A program made the position numbers and the translations under genes. DNA of 64,000 bases, from positions 32,001-96,000 of the IMG/VR virus record IMGVR_UViG_3300020420_000009, one strand, 5' to 3'. How positions within the stretch are numbered: position 1 is the first letter of the stretch; the number at the start of each line of letters is the position of its first letter. The DNA comes from a virus. The notes below the pieces were generated by a model that was given only the letters and a program-made list of their open reading frames with translations, did no database searches and was not told where the DNA came from. Shown here in pieces: positions 29,056-38,939 of the stretch.

Positions 29056-29499
29056 ATGACTTTAGAAGATTTAAAAGCAGAATGGAAAAGTGATTGTGAA
29101 ATTGACGATATCGAACTAGATAAGTCGTCTCTTGAAATCCCTAAACTACATGCAAAGTATTCAGAATATTTGACTGACGCTGTTGTTGCACAAAAAAATA
29201 TACAGTTTCAGTATAATACATTACTTAAAGACAAATGGTTATGGTTCAATGGTAAAATGGACGAAAACAGAATCAAAGAACTTGGTTGGTCAGACGACCC
29301 CTTTGACGGTCTTAAGATTATGAAAAACGATATGCAAGTATTTTTCAATGCAGATACAGACTTACAAAAATTATCTGCACAATTAGAACTTGCAAATATT
29401 AGAATAAACTTTCTCAAAGAGTGTATGCAAAATATCACTTGGAGACACCAAACAATTAAGAATACAATCGACTGGCGTAAGTTCATGGCGGGTTCATAA
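29056..29499 (+). CDS. uvsY: Recombination mediator UvsY
   Basis: W..DCEID...LD..SLEIPKLHAKY...IKNTIDWRKFMAG. Confidence 0.92.
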   Translation: MTLEDLKAEWKSDCEIDDIELDKSSLEIPKLHAKYSEYLTDAVVAQKNIQFQYNTLLKDKWLWFNGKMDENRIKELGWSDDPFDGLKIMKNDMQVFFNADTDLQKLSAQLELANIRINFLKECMQNITWRHQTIKNTIDWRKFMAGS

Positions 29500-30176
29500 T
29501 GCTTTACAACAACTATTGCAGTATCACACCAAACTTTTTATCACAACAAGATATAGATTATATACATGGTTATTCAACTAATCTTGAAACTATAGATGCA
29601 AAGATTGGTTTTAAGAATGCAGATAGAGATTCACAGAGTGGTGACGGTAATACAGATAATAAAATAAGACAATCAACAAATAAATGGTTAGACCACAATG
29701 ACCCTAATTTTGACCAAGACTTAAAAAGAAAAATCTTTGACGGTATGATGGCTGCAAATCAAATGTCAGGTTGGAATTATGATATCAATGAAATGGAACA
29801 ATGGCAGTATACTTATTATAAACACCAACCCGATTTACCTACAGGTGATTTCTATACATGGCATACAGACGCAGGTGCAGAGCCATATCCAAATGGACAG
29901 ATAAGAAAGTTATCTGCTTCAATTCAATTGTCAGACCCAAATGATTATGAGGGTGGACATTTTCAGTGGATAGAAACTACAAGAGCTTTTGATAATTTAA
30001 AGTTTCAATCACAAATAATTCACTCAGACGACCTAGTTCAGACTGCACCTTTTAGTGGGAAAGAACTTGGTTCTCTATTGGTGTTCCCTTCATGGTTGCA
30101 CCACCAAGTGACACCCGTGACTAGAGGAGTCAGACAATCTCTAGTGATATGGAATACAGGATGGCCTCTGAAATAA
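29499..30176 (+). CDS. 2OG-Fe(II) oxygenase (PKHD-type)
   Basis: FYTWHTD...RKLSASIQLSDP.DYEGG...VFPSWLHHQVTPVTRG.R.SLVIW. Confidence 0.9.
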   Translation: MLYNNYCSITPNFLSQQDIDYIHGYSTNLETIDAKIGFKNADRDSQSGDGNTDNKIRQSTNKWLDHNDPNFDQDLKRKIFDGMMAANQMSGWNYDINEMEQWQYTYYKHQPDLPTGDFYTWHTDAGAEPYPNGQIRKLSASIQLSDPNDYEGGHFQWIETTRAFDNLKFQSQIIHSDDLVQTAPFSGKELGSLLVFPSWLHHQVTPVTRGVRQSLVIWNTGWPLK

Positions 30177-31582
30177 TTCTCAAGAAGATTGACGAAGTCT
30201 TCATGCAAGTTCAATGTGATGACGGTCTGGCAAGAGACCTCTTCGATTTCTTTTCGTTTACAGTTCCTAATGCAAAGTTTATGCCTTCGGTAAAGAATAG
30301 GTATTGGGACGGTAAGGTTCGTCTATTCTCAATCAAAACAAATAAAATTTACATAGGATTACTTCCATATGTAGACGAGTTTTGTAGAGAAAGAGGATAT
30401 GATATTATAGGTATAAATGATATCATTGGTAATAAAGAGAGACAACCTAACGAAGAGTTTATAGAAGAATTAGGTTTACCTTTTGAACCTAGAGATTATC
30501 AATTAGAAGCATTCAGAACTGCTGTGCAATACGGCAGACAACTATTACTCTCACCAACTGCAAGTGGTAAGTCACTTATCATTTATTTACTTGCAAGATA
30601 TTACAACAAGAAAACTGTTATAATTGTTCCTACAACTTCATTAGTAGAACAAATGACAAAGGATTTTAAAGATTATGGATATGATAAAAAGATTTGTAAA
30701 ATTTATTCGGGTCAGCCTGTATTTGATTCGGACATTACGATTACGACATGGCAGTCATTTAGTAAGGCTCCTAAGAATGTCTTGGAATCTTTCGAGGTCG
30801 TCTTCGGGGACGAAGCCCACCTCTTCAAGGCAACAGTCCTCAAAGGAATCCTTGAAAAAATGAAAAAGACTGCAATTAGATTTGGGACTACTGGAACTTT
30901 AGACGGTTCAGAGTGTCATAGATTGCAACTTGAAGGTATGTTTGGCCCAGTCAAAAAGGTCATAAGCACAAAACAATTAATGGACGAAGGAACAATTGCA
31001 AATTTATCCATAGATTGTGTCATACTAAGTCACACCAAACAAAAGAAATTGTCATACCAAGAAGAAATGGATTACCTTGTTTCTAATGATGCAAGAAATA
31101 TGTTTATTGTAAATCTTGTTAGAAGTCTAAAAGGTAATACTTTATGTTTATTTCAATATGTAGAAAAACATGGTGCAAAATTATTTGATATAATGTCTAA
31201 TACAGACATGGGTGGTAATTTACATTATGTGTATGGTGGAACAGACACAGAGGACAGAGAAGCTGTTAGAGAGATTGTAGAGAATAATAAGGACGATACT
31301 ATCCTTGCATCATATGGAACCTTCTCTACAGGTGTGAATATTAAAAGAATAGACAATATAGTATTTGCAAGTCCTTCTAAATCTAAGATACGGAACCTAC
31401 AATCGATTGGTAGGGGTCTTCGTAAGGTAGAAGGTAAAAGTAAAATGAGATTGTTTGACATTGCAGACGATTTGCAATATGATAATTATACTCTTGGTCA
31501 CCTCAAAGACCGTATAAATATATACAACGAGGAAAGATTCCAATATGAAATCAAACAATTCGAATTAAATGACAACACCTAA
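30161..31582 (+). CDS. uvsW: DNA helicase UvsW
   Basis: WDGKVRLF...SPTASGKS...GDEAH...GTTGT...LQSIGRGLR. Confidence 0.95.
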   Translation: MASEIILKKIDEVFMQVQCDDGLARDLFDFFSFTVPNAKFMPSVKNRYWDGKVRLFSIKTNKIYIGLLPYVDEFCRERGYDIIGINDIIGNKERQPNEEFIEELGLPFEPRDYQLEAFRTAVQYGRQLLLSPTASGKSLIIYLLARYYNKKTVIIVPTTSLVEQMTKDFKDYGYDKKICKIYSGQPVFDSDITITTWQSFSKAPKNVLESFEVVFGDEAHLFKATVLKGILEKMKKTAIRFGTTGTLDGSECHRLQLEGMFGPVKKVISTKQLMDEGTIANLSIDCVILSHTKQKKLSYQEEMDYLVSNDARNMFIVNLVRSLKGNTLCLFQYVEKHGAKLFDIMSNTDMGGNLHYVYGGTDTEDREAVREIVENNKDDTILASYGTFSTGVNIKRIDNIVFASPSKSKIRNLQSIGRGLRKVEGKSKMRLFDIADDLQYDNYTLGHLKDRINIYNEERFQYEIKQFELNDNT

Positions 31583-32093
31583 AGACTTAATACCACAAAG
31601 ATACGAAGTTCTAAAATTAAGAACTGGTTCTGAAATTGTTGGAATGGTTAGAGACACAGAACAAGGTGTCGAAATAACCTTACCTATGATTTGTCAATTA
31701 GAAGTCGTTCCCGATAAAAGTGCAACTCTTGCTACTTTTTACCCATACTCACCTTTGAGTTCTGACCCAACAGTTCAAATACCTTATGATTTAATTGCAC
31801 ATAGAAATACTATGAATGACCAGTTTGTAAATTTCTATGACGAGGCAAGTTCAAAATGGTTTGACATGGTTGAGAATAAAAAGATACCATTGGTGACGAA
31901 TCCTAAAACAGCTCATAGAGATTATATCAAAAGAGTCGTTGACGAATTAATGAATGCAACAGGTGGCCCAATCACAGAAAGAGAAGAAAGAATGTTGAGA
32001 AGGATTGAAGAAGAAGAATGGAACATAGACGATGAAGTCTTTGCAGATTTTGAATCTTCGATAGTTCCAACAGATAAGAAGAAAATTCATTAG
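31569..32093 (+). CDS. Conserved hypothetical protein (Sm-like N-terminus)
   Basis: VLKLRTGSEIVG motif, similar to the 60743 ORF. Confidence 0.65.
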   Translation: MTTPKDLIPQRYEVLKLRTGSEIVGMVRDTEQGVEITLPMICQLEVVPDKSATLATFYPYSPLSSDPTVQIPYDLIAHRNTMNDQFVNFYDEASSKWFDMVENKKIPLVTNPKTAHRDYIKRVVDELMNATGGPITEREERMLRRIEEEEWNIDDEVFADFESSIVPTDKKKIH

Positions 32094-32179
32094 ACTTTTA
32101 AATTACCTATATACTAACGATAATTTATGGTTATAACCAATCATAAGTCTTCTTTATAAAACAAATTAAGGAAAAATCC

Positions 32180-32350
32180 ATGACCACAGCAATTACTGAG
32201 ATTGCGAAGAGCATGGTGGTGAAAATCGAAACCATTATTGAGACAAAGATTATATCAATGTTGATAGAAGCATTAGAATTTCTAACACTATTGACTCTTC
32301 CCATATTACTACCTTTTGGCATAATGATACTGTCAGGCTGGAGTATATAA
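32180..32350 (+). CDS. Small membrane protein (56 aa)
   Basis: MTTAITEIAK...EFLTLLTLPILLPFGIMILSGWSI read manually; AAGGA SD. Confidence 0.6.
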   Translation: MTTAITEIAKSMVVKIETIIETKIISMLIEALEFLTLLTLPILLPFGIMILSGWSI

Positions 32351-32451
32351 TGTCGAAAGAACAGAAAGATAAGATAAGAGATAACCTCGAACTCACAGCG
32401 TTGGTGGCTATCTTTTGTCTATCTATCTTAGGAGTTTCACCAGCAATATGA
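32350..32451 (+). CDS. Small membrane peptide (33 aa)
   Basis: MSKEQKDKIRDNLELTALVAIFCLSILGVSPAI; TAATG overlap, GGAG SD. Confidence 0.55.
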   Translation: MSKEQKDKIRDNLELTALVAIFCLSILGVSPAI

Positions 32452-32720
32452 TTAATCCTGACCCGTGGAAAAGAGAATCACTCCCTTCAGCAGTAGACGA
32501 TGCAGCCGATGTGATAAGTAGATATCCACAACAACTAGAAATACAATTAAACAAAACAGTGGACGCAACTCCCGAAGAATTTGAAGAATGGCAAGAGAAA
32601 GAACTAAAATGGTGGGCAGACAGACAATTCCCTATAGTGTGGATTGCATGTTTCGTTCAACTCTCTGCATTGGGAATGATGGCTGCAGTAATGTTGTTCA
32701 ACCAATCGGCGTTCGGATAA
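32448..32720 (+). CDS. Small membrane protein (90 aa)
   Basis: ATGA overlap; C-terminal hydrophobic helix. Confidence 0.65.
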   Translation: MINPDPWKRESLPSAVDDAADVISRYPQQLEIQLNKTVDATPEEFEEWQEKELKWWADRQFPIVWIACFVQLSALGMMAAVMLFNQSAFG

Positions 32721-32794
32721 TGAAATACTTAATATACGCTGCAATACTTATACCTTGGGAGGTAGGAATAGTCTTCCTATTTCGTTTCGTATGA
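32720..32794 (+). CDS. Small membrane peptide (24 aa)
   Basis: MKYLIYAAILIPWEVGIVFLFRFV; TAATG overlap. Confidence 0.4.
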   Translation: MKYLIYAAILIPWEVGIVFLFRFV

Positions 32795-32922
32795 AGTCCT
32801 ATATAATATATGCAATGCTAGGAATGTCATATCTAGAGTTAGTGACGGGTGATATAGATAGAATGGGACGCAGTTCCGAAATGAAAATGGCAATCCTAAG
32901 ACAACAATCCCTTTATAGCTAA
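32791..32922 (+). CDS. Small peptide with hydrophobic N-terminus (43 aa)
   Basis: MKSYIIYAMLGMSYLELVTG...; ATGA overlap. Confidence 0.4.
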   Translation: MKSYIIYAMLGMSYLELVTGDIDRMGRSSEMKMAILRQQSLYS

Positions 32923-33052
32923 TACCCTCTCGGGAACAATATTATTTTATCATAGATTTTTGAATATACAAGAGGGTTTTCTAAAAAAAGCCAAAAAAAT
33001 AAATACTTAAAAACCCCCTTACAAATCAGGGTTTTTTGTGTATAATATAAAC

Positions 33053-33604
33053 ATGACTACTAAAAAACAAAATGAACACTATGTGAATAACAAAGAGTTC
33101 ACTCAAGCAGTCTCCGAGTTTAACCAAGCGTGTAAACTTGCAGAATCAAAGGGTAAAACCCCACCTAGAATGACAGAATACATTGGTGAATGTATCTATA
33201 AAATTGCTACTCGATTATCGACTAGACCTAATTTTATTAATTACACATACAGAGATGAAATGATATGTGATGCAATCGAAAATTGTATCCAGTATATCGG
33301 TAATTTCAATCAAGAAAAATCAAATAACGCGTTTGCATATATCACACAGATATGTTATTTTGCATTCCTTCGAAGAATTCAAAAGGAGAAGAAACAGGTT
33401 TTTATAAAACAAAAATCTATAGAGGAAGCAAACATTACTATGGACGCATACACAACTATAGACGGTGAACACGACCCAACTCTTACCAATACAAATGTAG
33501 AATGGATGCAAGAGAATATGAATCGGGTTGAATACAATCCTAGAAAATCAAAAAGAACTAAAAAGGTAAAAGAAGCAACTAATTTAGAAAAATTTACTGA
33601 ATGA
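33053..33604 (+). CDS. gp55: Late-transcription sigma factor gp55
   Basis: HYVNNKEF...YIGECIYKIA.RLS.RPNFINYTYRDEMI.DAIENC...NAFAYITQICYFAFLRRIQKEK. Confidence 0.96.
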   Translation: MTTKKQNEHYVNNKEFTQAVSEFNQACKLAESKGKTPPRMTEYIGECIYKIATRLSTRPNFINYTYRDEMICDAIENCIQYIGNFNQEKSNNAFAYITQICYFAFLRRIQKEKKQVFIKQKSIEEANITMDAYTTIDGEHDPTLTNTNVEWMQENMNRVEYNPRKSKRTKKVKEATNLEKFTE

Positions 33605-34668
33605 AAATAGCAATACTTAACGACACACACGCAGGTGTCCGTGGTGATATGGTTGCAATGGCCGAATACCAAGGACGATTCTACAAGGAAATTTTCTTTC
33701 CTTATCTAAAGGAGAATAATATCACTCACATATTACACTTGGGTGATTACTTTGATAGGAGAAAATACATAAACTTCTCTACTCTTAAACTTAATAGAGA
33801 ACATTTTATTGAACCTATGTTAGAAAATGGTATGACTATGGATTTGATTATAGGTAATCATGATACTTATTTTAAAAATACCAACGAAGTAAACTCTCCC
33901 GACCTTTTATTATTTGAATCAGATAATATTAATGTTATCCAAGAACCCGAAGTAAAAAATTACGACGGCCTCGACATTGCATTAGTTCCATGGATTAATT
34001 CAGAAAACTATGCAGATTCAGTTGAGTTTCTCATGTCTGCAAATGCAGCTATCTGTATGGGTCACTTTGAGTTTGAAGGAGCTCTTATGATGCCAGGCAT
34101 GACATGTCAACATGGTCTTGACCATTCATATGTTAGTAGATATGAAAAGGTTTACAGTGGTCACTTCCACCAAAAATCAGAGTTTGCAAATATCAAATAT
34201 CTTGGTTCTCAAATGCAGTTTACTTGGTCAGACTTTGGAGATAACAAATACTTCCATATCTTTGATACTGATACAAGAGAAATGCTACCAGTTGCAAATC
34301 CACTAACAATATTTGAAAAGATATTCTATGACGATACTAAAGAAACTTTTGAAACTATTGTTAATAAAGATTATAGTAATGTCACTAACAAATTCACAAA
34401 GGTTATAGTAGTTAATAAAGACAATCCATATTGGTTTGATTCGTTCTTAGATAAGATTCATGGTGCAAGTCCTCTACACTTAAATGTAGTAGACGACCAC
34501 AAACACATGGATTTATTAGACGATAAAGATGTAGAAAATGTAGAAGATACCCTAACCATACTCAACAAGTATGTAGAAGAGATGGATATACAGGGTAAGA
34601 AAAAGCCTCTTACAGATTTAATGACTACATTGTATAATGAAGCGTTAGACGAACATACATTTATATGA
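33601..34668 (+). CDS. gp47: Recombination endonuclease gp47 (Mre11/SbcD-like)
   Basis: DTH...HLGDYFDRR...GNHD...GHFE...SGHFH. Confidence 0.95.
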   Translation: MKIAILNDTHAGVRGDMVAMAEYQGRFYKEIFFPYLKENNITHILHLGDYFDRRKYINFSTLKLNREHFIEPMLENGMTMDLIIGNHDTYFKNTNEVNSPDLLLFESDNINVIQEPEVKNYDGLDIALVPWINSENYADSVEFLMSANAAICMGHFEFEGALMMPGMTCQHGLDHSYVSRYEKVYSGHFHQKSEFANIKYLGSQMQFTWSDFGDNKYFHIFDTDTREMLPVANPLTIFEKIFYDDTKETFETIVNKDYSNVTNKFTKVIVVNKDNPYWFDSFLDKIHGASPLHLNVVDDHKHMDLLDDKDVENVEDTLTILNKYVEEMDIQGKKKPLTDLMTTLYNEALDEHTFI

Positions 34669-36380
34669 TAAAATTTACAGAAGTAAGATACAAGAATTTG
34701 TTATCTTCGGGAAATAGATTTACAACAATACCACTGGATACTCACCAAACCACACTTATATTAGGTGAGAATGGAGCTGGTAAATCCACACTACTTGACG
34801 CATTGTGTTATGCACTTTATGGTCGTGGATTCAGAAATCTCAAGAAAGACCTTCTTGTTAACTCAATCAATCAAAAAGAATTATTAGTCGAACTCGATTT
34901 TACTATCGGAAAGAAAGACTATAAGATAGTCCGTGGAACCAAACCTAATAAGTTTGAATTATGGAGTAATGGTATCATGGTGAACCAAGACGCCAATGTT
35001 CGTGACTATCAAGACCACCTAGAATCAAACATACTCAAAATGAGTTATCGTTCATTCACACAGGTGGCAATCCTAGGGTCTGCAAACTTTACTCCCTTTA
35101 TGCAACTAAGAGCAAAAGACAGAAGAAAGTTAGTAGAAGACCTTTTGGATATCACCATCTTTACAACCATGATGCAATTGTTGAGAAAAAAGAAATCTAA
35201 TCATGCATTAGATATAAAAGAAAATCAACATGAGATTGCAATACTTGAAGAAAGAATCAATGGTTTGAATTCTCAACTTAATGCACTCCGTGAAAATAGA
35301 GAAGAAAAAATCTCTAAATTCGAATCAACGATAGAGCAAACCCAAAGTAATATTAATAACTTATTAGGAGAAGTTGATGAAAAGACGCAAAATGTGGTGG
35401 AGAAAGAATCCAGTATCTCGAATAAAGATACTACGAAAACTAGATTGCAACAAACGATTGAAGTGGAGAAATCACTCGCAACAGCTAGAAAGAAAGCAGT
35501 TGCAGATATTGAATTCTACGAAAACCATGACAACTGCCCAACATGTAAACAGGACTTAACAGGTGAACACAAAGAGAAATGTATTAAGGAGAAACAGGAT
35601 AAGGTTGCAGAAATCAAGGAGGCGGTGTCAACTCTTGACAAACAAGTCAACGAACTCCATGAAGAAATCGATAGAATCAATACAGTTCAAGGAGAAATCA
35701 CTGTAATTCAGAGAGAGATAGGTTTAATTCAGACAGAAGTTGTATCTAATCAAAAGTATGTTATAAAACTACAAGGTGAAATAGAAACCTTAGAAAAAGA
35801 ACAAGAAGGAAATACAGATACACATGAGGATTTAACTAAAGCTGAAGATGATTTAGGTATACTTCAAGGTAAAAAGGAATTTTTGTCTGAACATGGTCAC
35901 TATCTAGAGATTGCAACACTTCTATTGAGAGACCAAGGTGTAAAAGAAAAGATAATAAAACAGTATGTCCCTATCATGAATAAACTAATTAACAAGTATC
36001 TTGCACAATTAGAGTTCTATGTTGGGTTTGAATTAGACGAAAGTTTCGATGAAACAATCAAATCTAGATTTAGAGATGTATTCAAATACGAGAACTTCTC
36101 TCAAGGTGAGAAAATGAGGATTGACCTTGCATTACTATTCACATGGAGAGCAGTTGCAAGAATGAAGAACTCTGTAAACACTAATCTACTGATACTAGAC
36201 GAGGTATTTGATAGTTCATTAGACGCAAGTGGAACAGATGAATTCATGAAAATGTTGAATACACTAACAGAAAATACAAATGCATTTGTTATCTCTCACA
36301 AAGGTGATATACTATATGACAAATTTGAGAATGTAATCAAGTTTGAAAAGTATAAAAACTTCTCAAGAATAGCAGAATAA
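34665..36380 (+). CDS. gp46: Recombination ATPase gp46 (Rad50/SbcC-like)
   Basis: GENGAGKST, CPTC zinc hook, FSQGEK signature, LILDEVFD, ISH. Confidence 0.96.
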   Translation: MIKFTEVRYKNLLSSGNRFTTIPLDTHQTTLILGENGAGKSTLLDALCYALYGRGFRNLKKDLLVNSINQKELLVELDFTIGKKDYKIVRGTKPNKFELWSNGIMVNQDANVRDYQDHLESNILKMSYRSFTQVAILGSANFTPFMQLRAKDRRKLVEDLLDITIFTTMMQLLRKKKSNHALDIKENQHEIAILEERINGLNSQLNALRENREEKISKFESTIEQTQSNINNLLGEVDEKTQNVVEKESSISNKDTTKTRLQQTIEVEKSLATARKKAVADIEFYENHDNCPTCKQDLTGEHKEKCIKEKQDKVAEIKEAVSTLDKQVNELHEEIDRINTVQGEITVIQREIGLIQTEVVSNQKYVIKLQGEIETLEKEQEGNTDTHEDLTKAEDDLGILQGKKEFLSEHGHYLEIATLLLRDQGVKEKIIKQYVPIMNKLINKYLAQLEFYVGFELDESFDETIKSRFRDVFKYENFSQGEKMRIDLALLFTWRAVARMKNSVNTNLLILDEVFDSSLDASGTDEFMKMLNTLTENTNAFVISHKGDILYDKFENVIKFEKYKNFSRIAE

Positions 36381-36388
36381 TATAAATA
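36381..36388 (+). promoter_or_regulatory. T4-type late promoter TATAAATA
   Basis: Exact consensus, 5 nt before ATG 36394. Confidence 0.75.
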
Positions 36389-36393
36389 GTTCT

Positions 36394-36846
36394 ATGAAGC
36401 AATTCAAGGACTTTATTACCGAGAAAAAGGCACAGTTCCAAGCAGCTTTCTATAAAGGATTATACTCTAGAAATAAGGGTATATTCTATAGGGGAACAGG
36501 AAAGTCAACTGGGAACAAAATGCATGACCTACAAGCATTAGGTGCTGGAACATACTATTCATGGGATAAAAAAATGGCTCAAGCATTTGCAGATATGAAG
36601 GGTGGTGAAGTTAAAGAATTTAAGTTCCCAAGAGGATTAAAACTTGCAGACGCACAGGGACAGGACATGGCAGAAATCAAAAAACTCATGGGTCTACAAC
36701 CATGGGAATATAGTGGTGGTAAAATGTTTGCAAGAGTATTAAAAGTAGAATTTGAAAGAAAAGGATATGACGGTGTTATATCAGATAAGGCTGCAGAAGG
36801 AATAGTCATATTCGACAAAGCAAACAGGAAGGTTAAAGAACAATGA
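36394..36846 (+). CDS. Putative internal head protein with ADP-ribosyltransferase-like motifs
   Basis: MKQFKDFITE leader; FYRG...LGAGTYYS....AQAFA...GYDGVI...EGIVIFD. Confidence 0.55.
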   Translation: MKQFKDFITEKKAQFQAAFYKGLYSRNKGIFYRGTGKSTGNKMHDLQALGAGTYYSWDKKMAQAFADMKGGEVKEFKFPRGLKLADAQGQDMAEIKKLMGLQPWEYSGGKMFARVLKVEFERKGYDGVISDKAAEGIVIFDKANRKVKEQ

Positions 36847-37562
36847 GACAAGTATTTAAAGATATCAGAACCATTATGGAAGCAGGCGGTGCAGCTGCAG
36901 GAAGCCTAGAGTTAATTAAGATTAGCTATGAAAAAGCAGTTGAACATGCAAAATCAAAAGGTATTGATATAGAAGAATTGATACCGTCATTCAAAAAGAA
37001 TTTTGAAATGGCAAAAAAACTAGCAGGAAAAGGATTTGCAAAAAGGTCAGAAATGCCTGTGATTAATAATAATGATGTCAAGAACTTCCAAACAAGATTA
37101 GCAAAAGGTTTCATAGATATAAACAAACCTTTTGCAAGTAATGAACTTCCCGATGAACCTTTTCCTCAAGGATTAGATAGGAACACAGGTAAAACATGGA
37201 TTAAAAGTGGTTTACCAAGATTTGACGGAGATGCAAAAGACGATGTTGTCACTGTAAAATCAAAAAAGGTTGCAGTGAAAAACCTAAAACCTATACAGAA
37301 ACAAATATATTTTGATAAGTCATTCAAAAACATTTCAGATTATGACTTCAAAGATACTATGAAGTTTTTAAAAAGTGATAGAAACATATTCATTATATCG
37401 AGTGACAATGCAATCATAGACGGACACCATAGATTTTTAACTGCAATGTTGATAGACCCAAACATAACTGTCAATACTATTGCAATCGATTTACCTATAA
37501 AACAATTATTACCTCTAACACTATCTTATACAGACGCAATCGGCAATCAAAGGAACAAGTAA
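36843..37562 (+). CDS. ParB/sulfiredoxin-like domain protein, putative internal head protein
   Basis: LKPIQKQIY...IISSDNAIIDGHHRF; leader MRQVFKDIRTIMEA. Confidence 0.65.
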   Translation: MRQVFKDIRTIMEAGGAAAGSLELIKISYEKAVEHAKSKGIDIEELIPSFKKNFEMAKKLAGKGFAKRSEMPVINNNDVKNFQTRLAKGFIDINKPFASNELPDEPFPQGLDRNTGKTWIKSGLPRFDGDAKDDVVTVKSKKVAVKNLKPIQKQIYFDKSFKNISDYDFKDTMKFLKSDRNIFIISSDNAIIDGHHRFLTAMLIDPNITVNTIAIDLPIKQLLPLTLSYTDAIGNQRNK

Positions 37563-38923
37563 TGTTTACTTTTCAAGAACTACAAGAAGCTTCACTTACT
37601 GAAGCCTCCACAGAACTAGAACAAGTTTTAGTTAAAGTATGTGGTGGAACCACACCAAGAAAAGAATACAAAAATGTTTTGAATGTTGCTCAAAAAAATG
37701 GTTTTGAAACAGCAGAAGAACTAGGTGAAGCAATTTTAAAAGACGCAGGAATCAGTCTCAAAAGTTCTAACCCAAGAATGTCAGAGAATGGCCCAACCGA
37801 CCCCGACTGGGAAGGTGATAACAATACTTCTAAAACAGATATCCACTTAGGAAAGTATGATATATCATTAAAAAGTGGAAGTGCAGCTCTAATGAGTGGT
37901 GGTTCAAAAGAATCTCGTGCAACATTCAAAGCTGCATTAGAACATGCAAAAACATCTTTTCAAGGAGACATAGCAGATATTGCAAAAGAAATAGAAGATG
38001 GATTCGAAAAAATGATTCCTTCAACTCTAGGACAAATGCCAGGCGGTATTATTGCACAGAAAGCAGGGACAGTATTCCCTCATGAAAAAGGTGGTTCACT
38101 TGGTCAAGGTAAACGAAAAATGGCAAAGGTTGGAAAACAAGCTTTTAAATTGTTAGATAAAGATGTGCAAGATACAGATGTCACTTATGATAAACCTTCA
38201 ACTAAAGAATTCAAAAAAAGGTCAGGTTATAGATATTATAAAGACGATAGTGGGAAGGAATATGAATATAAAGGAGACTATCATTTACTCAAAGTAAACC
38301 CAAAATCATTTGATAAAGACCAAATTCTAAAAGACGCAGACGACCTTCATACAAAAATGAAGAAACAAGTTGCAGACCTTTTCAATGGAAGTGAAGATTT
38401 TAAAAATGCATTTGTGTTTGAGGCAATGACTGGATACAAAAAATTCTCACCCTCCAATCCTAATATTGCAAAACATTTTTTAGTTGCAACCTTTCAAGGT
38501 AAAGGAAACTTAATAGGTGAGATTAAAAATTATAATGATTCATATGTTAAAAAAGTTGCAAAACAAGTCAAACCTGATGTTAGATTCAAAAGCACCTCTC
38601 AAGAAAAAACAATAGACAAGAAAAAACAAAAAACAGGATATAAAAGATTTTGGTCTGTTCTCCAACTTAATTATAATCATATACAAGAACAAACTGAAAT
38701 CATGGAAAGAGAAGCAGAACAAATGCAGAAGTTCTTATCAGAAGGACTTATATCAGAAGTTGCATTTTTCTCATGGGCAAAAAAGAAAATCAAAGGAATA
38801 GTAAACTATATTAAAAGAGTGTTCAACGCAGTCAAGAATTTTATAATGGAGAAAGTGGAAAATATACTGGAGTTTTTAGATATGACACCAGTAGTATCAT
38901 TTAATAATACCGTTAAGTGGTAA
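37562..38923 (+). CDS. Hypothetical protein with PD-(D/E)xK-like motif, putative internal head protein
   Basis: TSKTDIHLGKYDISLKSG; leader MFTFQELQEASLTEA. Confidence 0.55.
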   Translation: MFTFQELQEASLTEASTELEQVLVKVCGGTTPRKEYKNVLNVAQKNGFETAEELGEAILKDAGISLKSSNPRMSENGPTDPDWEGDNNTSKTDIHLGKYDISLKSGSAALMSGGSKESRATFKAALEHAKTSFQGDIADIAKEIEDGFEKMIPSTLGQMPGGIIAQKAGTVFPHEKGGSLGQGKRKMAKVGKQAFKLLDKDVQDTDVTYDKPSTKEFKKRSGYRYYKDDSGKEYEYKGDYHLLKVNPKSFDKDQILKDADDLHTKMKKQVADLFNGSEDFKNAFVFEAMTGYKKFSPSNPNIAKHFLVATFQGKGNLIGEIKNYNDSYVKKVAKQVKPDVRFKSTSQEKTIDKKKQKTGYKRFWSVLQLNYNHIQEQTEIMEREAEQMQKFLSEGLISEVAFFSWAKKKIKGIVNYIKRVFNAVKNFIMEKVENILEFLDMTPVVSFNNTVKW

Positions 38924-38939
38924 ACCCTATATATTAACA

